A DNA stretch of 63,419 bases, counting the filler, from an uncultured Methanosarcinales archaeon (GTDB lineage: Archaea; Nanobdellota; Nanobdellia; Woesearchaeales; CAYZNE01), in the NCBI GenBank assembly GCA_964405295.1. It is 3 parts of 3 records of this genome, joined end to end, with 100 filler letters (N's around TTAATTAATTAA, not from the genome) between each part and the next. Parts side by side here need not be neighbours in the genome. Positions count along the whole stretch, not along the records: positions 1 to 31,729 come from CAYONI010000007.1; 2 more parts are not named here. The stretch is one strand, 5' to 3'. The position numbers and the translations under genes were made by a program. Shown here piece after piece: positions 19,395-28,400 of this stretch; the first letter of the stretch is position 1; every line of letters begins with the position of its first letter. The notes under the pieces were generated by a model. It saw only the letters and a program-made list of their open reading frames with translations, had not been told where the DNA came from and did no database searches.

Positions 19395-20626
19395 ATGGAG
19401 TTTTCAACAAAAAAGAGTGTGTGGATATCAATTATAATTTTGTTTATAATCCTATCATTATTGGTGGTATTATTATTTTATTTTTCTGATTTATTCATAG
19501 TTTTTATCATTGGAGGGGTTATAATTCTTATAACTGAAAGGGGACATAAAAAGTTTCGAAAAATGATTCTTGGTCTTAAACTACATGAGAACAAACTCTT
19601 AAAAATAGGATTCACTGTAATAACAATTTTATTTTGGTTGATTTTATTATATCTCTTAACATCTTTTACTGTAAAAGATATAAACAAAACAGTTACTTTT
19701 ATGCAAGAAAATAATGTTACTGTAGAACAAATTTATGTTGAAAAAGGGGAGGCAATACTAGGAAAAGAAATGGTTGGACTAATACAGACAGAAAACATAT
19801 TTAACAGCATAAAGAATTTTATTACAAAATCCTTACTTAACATAGTATCTGGAGTAGCTGTGTTTATAGCAGAAGCAATTATTATTATTCCATTAATGTT
19901 TGCATTCTATTTTAAGAATAAAAATATATTAAAAGAAAAAATCTCAAAAANNNNNNNNNNNNNNNNNNNNNNNNNNNNNNNNNNNNNNNNNNNNNNNNNN
20001 NNNNNNNNNNNNNNNNNNNNNNNNNNNNNNNNNNNNNNNNNNNNNNNNNNATGTTTGCATTCTATTTTAAGAATAAAAATATATTAAAAGAAAAAATCTC
20101 AAAAATGATGCCAAAAAGGTTCAGAAAAGGCTTTGTTAATATTATTACTAATTCATCTGAAAAACTAAAAAGTTATACTTATGCCAAACTAGTTGAAAGC
20201 TTTATAATCGCATCTATTTCTGCAATAGGATTCTATGCAGCAGGACTAAAAGGGTGGTTATTATTTGCACTCTTATGTGGAATACTTAATATTATCCCTT
20301 ATTTGGGGCCATGGATAGGTGCAGTTGGGCCAATACTAGTTAGCTTACTAAGTCCAACTACAACCACATTTATAATTACCGTTATAACTTTGATTTTTGC
20401 GCAATTACTTGATAGTCTTTACATTATTCCATTCTTAATACCTAAACAACTTAGTGTTCACCCGCTTATTGGCATCATATTAATTCTAATTGGCGCAAAG
20501 CTATTCGGACCACTTGGAATGTTAATGGCATTGCCAATTTACACTGTATATGTAGTTGTTTTATCTGGAGCATATAAAGAATTAATTCAAATTCATGGAT
20601 ATAGAAGAAATATTACAAAAAAATAA
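19395..20626 (+). CDS. AI-2E family transporter (one gene split by a scaffold gap)
   Basis: GILNIIPYLGPWIG, LIPKQ.SVHP, LFGPLGMLMALP; 55 bp duplicated on both sides of the N gap (19896-19950 = 20051-20105), and merging them restores one frame. Confidence 0.9.
19951..20050. other. Scaffolding gap (100 N) with a 55-bp overlap artefact
   Basis: Identical 55-mer flanks the gap. Confidence 0.95.
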
Positions 20627-20689
20627 CCATGAACAAAAAAGCAAAAAAATACTTTTTTGGTATCATAAAAAGTTTATGAATTTTTATGA

Positions 20690-20796
20690 TTTCCACAGGA
20701 AATCAAGGGGTGGTTTTTGTATACTAGATTCTAAAAGTAGTTAATTCAGGGGTTTTAGACACCTTAAACATAAGAATATACAGGAAACAAAGGGCT
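20690..20796 (+). promoter_or_regulatory. Candidate archaeal replication origin elements (ORB-like)
   Basis: TTTCCACAGGAAATCAAGGGGT (20690-20711), ATATACAGGAAACAAAGGGCT (20776-20796) and AATTCAGGGGT (20743-20753) in an AT-rich intergenic region of about 310 bp. Confidence 0.6.
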
Positions 20797-20936
20797 TTAT
20801 CGTCAATAAAATAAATTTTGTTTATAAAGGTTTTTCTTGATTTTAGTTGAAGGATTTATAAACATTTATAAATGATAAAGCTTTTCCATTTAAATACTAT
20901 TATCACGATTAACATTAAAACTTGGGGGTTATTATA

Positions 20937-21500
20937 ATGGCTAAAACAAAAGAAAAATATGAAATCCAAAAAATCAATGTTGTAAACATTGTTGTTAGCA
21001 GTGACCTTAAACACCCTATACCATTGGAAAAGATGGCAGCTTCTTTGAGTAATACAGAATATAATCCTGAACAATTCCCAGGTCTTGTTCTAAGAATAAA
21101 AGAACCTAAAACTAGTTCATTAATTTTTAGTTCTGGTAAAATTGTTTGTACTGGGGCAAGAAATCTTGAAGATGTAAGAAAAGCAATAGTAAAAATAAAA
21201 GAGGCTGTTGCTAAAATTGGAATCATAATCAAAATAGATCCTGAAATTAAAGTTCAAAATTTAGTAGCATCAAGTGCAATTGGTGGTAAATTAAACCTTA
21301 ATACACTTGCAATGAAGCTAAGTAATACAGAATATGAACCTGAACAATTCCCAGGTTTAGTTTACAAATTAATGGATGCAAGAGCAACATTCCTGTTATT
21401 TAGTAATGGAAAGGTTGTGTGTACAGGAACAAAATCAGCAGAGGAAGTCAAAATTGCACTTGAGAAATTAATTGTAAATATTGAAAAAGTTACCAAGTAA
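20937..21500 (+). CDS. tbp: TATA-box-binding protein
   Basis: Two repeats of EY.PEQFPGLV and LIFSSGK/LLFSNGK..CTG. Confidence 0.98.
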   Translation: MAKTKEKYEIQKINVVNIVVSSDLKHPIPLEKMAASLSNTEYNPEQFPGLVLRIKEPKTSSLIFSSGKIVCTGARNLEDVRKAIVKIKEAVAKIGIIIKIDPEIKVQNLVASSAIGGKLNLNTLAMKLSNTEYEPEQFPGLVYKLMDARATFLLFSNGKVVCTGTKSAEEVKIALEKLIVNIEKVTK

Positions 21501-21661
21501 TTATGTAGATTCTAGAACACAAGACATACTAGCGTTAGCTATATAAATTGGACTAGATTATAAATCAATTATAAGTTAAAATGGAAGTACAAGGCCACAT
21601 GCAAAAATCAAAGATTTTTGAGCAGTCTTGAATTATTGATGAGGGTTATCCAAGGTAAAAA

Positions 21662-23686
21662 ATGGAAGTACAAGACCAAATAGACAAATTCAAGGATTTT
21701 TTTGAGAAAAATTATCTAAATAAAATTTTAACAAATCTGAAAAAAGAAGAGATGGCTATTGCAATAGAATTTAATGAACTAGCCATATTTGAACCTGAAC
21801 TTGCAGAATTATTAATAGAAAACCCTGAAGACACGATAAGAGCTGCAGAACTTGCAATAGAAAACATAGATCTTGGATTAGATGAGCAAAAAAAAATAAA
21901 AGTAAGAATTTCTAATCTTCCTGCAGAACAAACTTTATTCATTAGAAATGTAAGAAGTAAACATATTGGAAAATTTATAGAACTTGAAGGAGTAATAAGG
22001 CAAAAGTCAGATGTAAGACCCCAAGTTATAAGTGCAGTTTTCGAATGTCCAAGTTGTGGAAATAGAATAACTGTTTTACAATTAGGCACTAAATTTAAAG
22101 AACCTAGTAAATGTGGTTGTGGAAGAAAAGGAAAATTTAGATTGTTAAGCAAAGATCTTGTTGATGCCCAAAGAATTGTTCTTGAAGAATCATCAGAAAC
22201 TCTGGAAGGTGGAGAACAACCAAAAAGATTAAATATATTTCTAAAAGAAGACCTTGTAAGTCCAATGACTGAAAGAAGAACTAATCCTGGTGCAAAAATT
22301 TCAGTAACAGGAATTCTAAAAGAAGTTCCAATAATAACAAGAGATGGTAGTAAATCAACAAGATTTGATTTAATGCTTGATACTAATCATGTTGAATCTA
22401 TACAAGAAGATTTTATGGAAATTAGTTTAACAGAAGAAGAAATAAAAGAAATAAAAGAATTATCAAAAGATCCCCAATTAAATAAAAAAATTGTTAGCAG
22501 CATGGCCCCGACTATTTATGGCCATGAACAAATTAAAGAAGCACTTTTATTACAATTACTTAGTGGAGTAAGAAAAACAAGAAAAGATGGAACTGTAACT
22601 AGGGGGGATATTCATATTCTATTAATTGGCGATCCTGGCTGTGGTAAATCTATATTGTTAAGTAGAATTTGTAAACTTGCACCAAAAGTAAGATTTGTTT
22701 CAGGAAAGGGAGCAAGTGGAGCTGGTTTAACTGCGAGTGTTGTAAAAGATGAATTCATTAGAGGATGGGCTTTAGAGGCAGGAGCATTAGTTCTTGCAAA
22801 CAAAGGTCTTTGTGCAATTGATGAGTTTGATAAGATGACAACAGAAGATAGCAGTGCTATGCACGAAGCATTAGAGCAACAAACAATAACCATTGCAAAA
22901 GCAAATATTCATGCAACACTAAGAGCTGAAACAACAGTCCTTGCAGCTGCAAATCCAAAATATGATAGATTTGATCCATATGAAAGTATAGGAAATCAAA
23001 TTAACTTTCCAAGCACAATTCTTAATCGTTTTGACCTTATCTTTCCAATTAAAGATCAACCTATTAAAGAGGTTGATGAAAAATTAGCAGGATTTATTCT
23101 TAAACTTCACAAGGATGGAGAAAGTGATATTAAAACTCCCTTAACAACAGAGTTTGTAAAAAAATATATTGCATATGCAAAACAATTTTGCACTCCGAAA
23201 TTAACAGATCCTGCACTAAAAGAAATACAAGAATACTATGTAAAAATGCGTATGAGCGGTGGAGAAAGCGGAAAAATGAAAGCCATCCCTATTTCTGCAA
23301 GACAATTAGAAGCACTTGTTAGGTTAAGCGAAGCTTCAGCAAAACTAAGACTTGATGATAAAGTTACTAAAAAAGATGCAAGAGTTGCAATTGAACTTGT
23401 ACACTTTTGTCTGATGCAAATAGGAATTGATCCAACAACTGGGAAAATGGATATTGATAGATTTAGAGGAGGAATTTCTGCATCCCAAAGATCATATATT
23501 AGGATAGTTAAAGATATTATTAATGAAATGGAAGAAAAGTTTGGTAAAGTTATTCCTGTTGCAGAAATAATTAATGCAGCAAAAGAGAAAGAAGTTGATG
23601 AAGAGAAGGTTAATGATTTAATTCAAAAGTTAAAAAGGTCAGGAGATCTTTTTATGCCGAAGAATGGTTTTATTAGTAAGTTATAG
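21662..23686 (+). CDS. mcm: MCM replicative helicase
   Basis: CPSC...CGC zinc finger, Walker A GDPGCGKS, IDEFDKM, AAANP, NRFDL, ARQLEALVRL, C-terminal wH; no intein. Confidence 0.98.
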   Translation: MEVQDQIDKFKDFFEKNYLNKILTNLKKEEMAIAIEFNELAIFEPELAELLIENPEDTIRAAELAIENIDLGLDEQKKIKVRISNLPAEQTLFIRNVRSKHIGKFIELEGVIRQKSDVRPQVISAVFECPSCGNRITVLQLGTKFKEPSKCGCGRKGKFRLLSKDLVDAQRIVLEESSETLEGGEQPKRLNIFLKEDLVSPMTERRTNPGAKISVTGILKEVPIITRDGSKSTRFDLMLDTNHVESIQEDFMEISLTEEEIKEIKELSKDPQLNKKIVSSMAPTIYGHEQIKEALLLQLLSGVRKTRKDGTVTRGDIHILLIGDPGCGKSILLSRICKLAPKVRFVSGKGASGAGLTASVVKDEFIRGWALEAGALVLANKGLCAIDEFDKMTTEDSSAMHEALEQQTITIAKANIHATLRAETTVLAAANPKYDRFDPYESIGNQINFPSTILNRFDLIFPIKDQPIKEVDEKLAGFILKLHKDGESDIKTPLTTEFVKKYIAYAKQFCTPKLTDPALKEIQEYYVKMRMSGGESGKMKAIPISARQLEALVRLSEASAKLRLDDKVTKKDARVAIELVHFCLMQIGIDPTTGKMDIDRFRGGISASQRSYIRIVKDIINEMEEKFGKVIPVAEIINAAKEKEVDEEKVNDLIQKLKRSGDLFMPKNGFISKL

Positions 23687-23691
23687 TTATA

Positions 23692-23799
23692 CAGTCTTTC
23701 GCTGAATTTAAGTGAAGTTTGATTGTGCTGTCGGCCCGTAGGACGCTACCCTCGACAACGCACAAGGTATAATATTACAATCAGCTAACCTTAAGACTG
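23692..23799 (+). ncRNA. Putative structured intergenic RNA element (no family recognised)
   Basis: Nested stems CAGTCTT/AAGACTG, GCTGA/TCAGC, TTGTGC/GCACAA, TGTCG/CGACA and GTAG-GACG-CTAC. Confidence 0.4.
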
Positions 23800-23813
23800 C
23801 AAATATAGTTAAA

Positions 23814-24464
23814 ATGGCGGATTTCAAGAGAAACACAGCAAAAATATGTAAAATTAGCGAGTTAACTAATGGTAAATTTATTAAGAAAGAGGGTTGGGAT
23901 CCAAGTTATATTATAACCTCCTATGGTAAAATATTTAGAGTAAATCTTCTTGGAGTTATTGTTAGTAAAAACATTAATGATTGTGTTGTTGACGATGGAA
24001 CAGGAAAAATTGTTGTTAGAAGCTTTAATAGTGACGTAAACGCAGAAATAGGCAACCCTGTTATTATTATTGGAAAACCAAGAGTTTTCAACAATGAAAC
24101 ATTTATTAATTCTGAAATAATCAAAAAGATTGAAAATACTGGGTGGATTGCATACAGAAAAAAGGAATTTACACTCAGAAAAAAAGTGAATGTAGAAGAG
24201 TCTACAAAAGAGTATGTTCATGAAGCAAAAGAAGAAGTTGTTACAGAAGAAAAATATAATAATGAAAAAACAGAATCCTTAGAGAATCTGAGTAATGCAG
24301 AGAAAGTAATAAAACTAATTAATGAATTAGATTCAGGTGATGGTGCAAACATTGAAGATATAATTTCTAGATTAAATGTTGTTGGTGCAGAGAAACTAAT
24401 TAAATCTTTAACAGAAGAAGGAGAAGTTTTTGAGATTAAACCAGGTAAGTTGAAGGTTATGTGA
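23814..24464 (+). CDS. RPA2-like OB-fold ssDNA-binding protein with C-terminal winged helix
   Basis: RVNLLGVIV, VVDDGTGKIVVRSF, IIGKPR; C-terminal LTEEGEVFEIKPGKLK. Confidence 0.85.
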   Translation: MADFKRNTAKICKISELTNGKFIKKEGWDPSYIITSYGKIFRVNLLGVIVSKNINDCVVDDGTGKIVVRSFNSDVNAEIGNPVIIIGKPRVFNNETFINSEIIKKIENTGWIAYRKKEFTLRKKVNVEESTKEYVHEAKEEVVTEEKYNNEKTESLENLSNAEKVIKLINELDSGDGANIEDIISRLNVVGAEKLIKSLTEEGEVFEIKPGKLKVM

Positions 24465-24465
24465 T

Positions 24466-25338
24466 TTATTTATTAAAAACTATACTTGCATAACTAACAC
24501 TATTCTTATAATTTGACTCTTGATCTAAATCTGCAGAAGTATAATACTGTTCTAAATTAACTGTGCCTGTTTTAACATAATTAAGTAAAAGATAAATAGG
24601 TAATGCTGCACAAATTGTACTAAATTCCTCACCTATAAAATCAAGAAACTCATCTGCTTTGAATTGTTTGACAAAATTTATTGCAGCTTCATCTAACTTG
24701 TAAATATTTTCTTTAACATGATTACCAAAAGGGATATAATTATAATTTCTACCATAATGAGTAAAGTCACCACTAATAATTAAAGTAACATTTTTATTCA
24801 TATCCATAGCAACTTCTTTTATATCAATTGCTATTTGTTTTAGTTGTTCTCTTGTAGAATCATGACCAACAAGAATTGGAAGTATTTTTATCTTTTCCAT
24901 GTTCTTTTTGAAAATGAATTGTAGAAAAGGTATTTGCACTTCTATTGAATGTTCATTCTCATGAATATTATTATTCTCTTTAATATGACCTTTTAACATT
25001 AACTCCCTTGCAAAATGTTGATCAACCCTTACTAATCCATAAGGTGTTTCAAAAGTTTCATTAGTGAATGCGGTTTCTGATGATGAATGATTTGGGCCAA
25101 TAATAATGTATAAATCAGACATACCCTGCTCAGCAATTGCCTTGTAAGACCATGCAGCTGCTTGACCTGAATAATTATAACCTGCATGAGGACAAATAAC
25201 TGCAACAACCTTTTTGTTTGTTATAGAAGAAGGCAGTGCCCCTGGCCCTTTTGGTCCAGTAAAACATTCTGTTATCTGCTTATCTAATAAGCTTATTGCT
25301 TTTTCATAGAATTTCCCTGCATATTTTGCTGTTCTCAT
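24466..25338 (-). CDS. MEMO1-family protein (AmmeMemoRadiSam system protein B)
   Basis: YAGKFY, PHAGYNYSG, GPNH, EHSIEVQIPFLQ, SGDFTHYG, TIC, VSYASI. Confidence 0.93.
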   Translation of the reverse strand: MRTAKYAGKFYEKAISLLDKQITECFTGPKGPGALPSSITNKKVVAVICPHAGYNYSGQAAAWSYKAIAEQGMSDLYIIIGPNHSSSETAFTNETFETPYGLVRVDQHFARELMLKGHIKENNNIHENEHSIEVQIPFLQFIFKKNMEKIKILPILVGHDSTREQLKQIAIDIKEVAMDMNKNVTLIISGDFTHYGRNYNYIPFGNHVKENIYKLDEAAINFVKQFKADEFLDFIGEEFSTICAALPIYLLLNYVKTGTVNLEQYYTSADLDQESNYKNSVSYASIVFNK

Positions 25339-25416
25339 TTTTAATCTAATTTAATATTAAAGAAATAGTGTTTAAAAGTTTATAACTTTTGTGTTTCTGG
25401 TTTTAAATAAAAGAAT

Positions 25417-28400
25417 TTAGGAGCTTCCTCCGCCACCTGAGTTAGTACATTCAGAGGTATCATGTTGACATGTACTTGAACATTGAAGAATTCCACCAGT
25501 ATAACCATAAAACTCACAAGAAGCGCTCATGTTAGGAGGTGCTAAAAGTAGACCATCACACTGCTCACCTTCATCAACATCAACAAGATCATTACCACAA
25601 AAGCTACACTGATTATTATCTTTACAAGTACCAGTTAAACACTCTTCATTAAAGTTACAGCTAATACCTGATCCAGAAATTATTCTGCATTTAGAATCAT
25701 CACATTCTAATCCTGCATCACAATCGCCATTACTATTACACTCTGAACAAACATCACCTGTATAAATTGATCCGCCAGAGTATTCACTATTTAATCTTAA
25801 AGTTTTAGTAAGATAAGTCCATAACATATCTTGTTTGTTAAAATCAGGCTCATTTACCAACCAAACGTTTGGCTTCTTAATTAAAAGGAATCCTTCATCA
25901 TTACACTTATTAAAAATAATATCTCCAACTAAATCAGGATTATACATAACAGGATCTTGTAATAATGACTCCTTCTCAAAAAGACCATAAGAAATCGTGC
26001 TATTTAAATGATTAGACAAATCAAAATTATTTGAATAATTAACAAATATCCTATTTATAACTCCTTGATCTTTCTCATCATACTTATATTCTTGTGCAGC
26101 CATAACCTGCAAATTAGGAGATCCACTATTATGTGCCATAAACAATTTATCATAAACACTATTACCTGTTAAAACAAAAAAGTCAGAACTAAAACTAGGA
26201 TGAAACACTCCATAAATAAAATTAGTTAACCCGTTAAACCAATTATTTAAATAATCACTAGGTTCATCTGTTGAAACCAATAAAAAGTTTGATTGATTAT
26301 CATAATAAAAATTATAGTTCCCATAAAACGCACCACTATACTGACAAGCAATCAGTCCATTTGAAATAGTATTAGCTGGATCACAATCAACAGTTACACC
26401 AGAATGAACTGAATTGAACAAAGAAGTCTCTAACAATAAACCGCTATCTTCAAACTTATTTCTTAAAGCAAACCCTACAGCCACATCATCAGCATCACCT
26501 AACTGATAAACACAAGCACTATGAACCAAATCAGAAAAGATTTCATCTTCATTAGTAAAATTTAAATTAAAAGCTAAACTATTATCACAAGATAAACTAA
26601 ACTCGTTCTCTGAACACTCAAACCACTCACACATTTTAGATGCAATCTGAGAAGACTTTGAAGTCCAATTACCATTATCACAATAATAATTACCAGAAAT
26701 ACTAATGTTTAAATCATCTGTTACAGTTGCACCAGTAGGAACACAATCATAAATACCCTGACAAGCAAAGTCAGAAACATTATAGTAATCACCAGCTATA
26801 AATAAACAATCATCAGTATTCTCACCAACAATAAATTCACCATCAAAAGGTACACCATCAGTATCTTTGTCACAACAACCATCATTATGAACAACAACAT
26901 TGTAATTATATCTTGTAGTATTTAAAAATTGAAAATTTTCGTCAACAAAGCAATAATTAGATTTTTTACAATAACCAGTTTCATTTAAATTCCAATCATA
27001 CTTTGCAGTTGCATCTTCCCAAACAGCATAACCAGCTTCATCAAACACACACCTGTAACCTTCAGTGTTTTCTATTTCGTTAAACGGAATATGATCAGGG
27101 CCTTCAAAGTTTCTGTTGAATGCAGGCATGCTTGAATTATCCTCATAAACAGTTGCATGAATACAAATTTCACCATTCCAACAATAATCACTTGGACAAC
27201 AACCTTCACTATTATAAGGACCATCCTTTAAATATAAGAAGTCAGAAGGTCTCCAATCAGGAACACCCAAAACATCATCTCTCCATAAATTATTAGTTCC
27301 AGAACAATAATAATTACCCTTAACATCACAAACAGAATTATTATACATGTTAATTTTGTATTGGTCTCCACCAATAGCTAAAGTATATTCTATTGCAGAA
27401 TCTAAACCAATATACTCTTCATTAGCATTAGCATAATCTTCATCTAACTCAAATGCTGGCTCATTACAAACAGAAAAGTTTTTATGAAACAAGAATTTGT
27501 TTAATTCATTTTCTTCATCATTAAAATATAAAACATCACCCATTCTTTGATTATCAATTACATTATAACCATCCCAACATGCACCCTTATAATCCCAATA
27601 AAACTCTTTATTAGTTTGATTAGTATCATCACCACAACACTTAGTTCCAGACCAACCGAAACTTAAATATGAATCACAAACATACTTGAAAGGATCAAAG
27701 TCGTACCATTCTGTAGATGAAGGAGTATCAACCAAATCACTCATATGACAAGAAGGGTGAGAAACATTAACCCAATCACAAGCAGTACATTCTAAATCAC
27801 CCTGATCAACATCTTGACAAGACATTTCAGGAGCTGCAACTTCAATTGGATCAAACTCATCAATCCAAAAACCAAATGCACCTGCACACTTATAGTTTTG
27901 GTATTTAGATAAATCCTCATTTATAGGATCAACACCAAAGAAAATATTATCAAATAAGATATTTTCATTATTATCTAAAGTGAATGAAATATCCTCAAAT
28001 CTAATTGCATCAATTGGCAGATCTATAACTACATGATGCCACCTATAATCTTGATCACCATTCATAGAATAATTATTAAAGTTATCAGGAGTTATAGTTA
28101 TATTTTTGTCTTCACTTATAGAGTTTTTATAATTAAAAGTTATAGTGATTGCTTCGAGAGAAGTAAATCCAACATCAAATTCTAATGTTTTATAGTAAGA
28201 AAAAATATCTTGAGAAATTATATCCAGATTTGAAGAACCACCTGAATTAGGATCTTCATAAAAAAATATGGTTATTGGGTAAAGGTCATTATTATATTTT
28301 TGTACATAATCAACATAAATATTTCCTTCCTTTATTCTATCAAAAGTATTAATCACATATAATGGAACACCCCTCCCAACGAACTCAGTATTACGATCAA

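Noticed and set aside
19896..20105. Frameshifted or split AI-2E transporter, or a 55-bp direct repeat
   Set aside because: An exact 55-mer on both sides of a 100-N gap is an assembler k-mer overlap; collapsing it gives one intact gene.
12723..23800. GC-rich intergenic hairpins (12723-12784, 23692-23800) as tRNA, SRP or RNase P RNA
   Set aside because: There is no cloverleaf or TTCRA T-loop, no SRP helix-8 motif, and both are too short for RNase P RNA.
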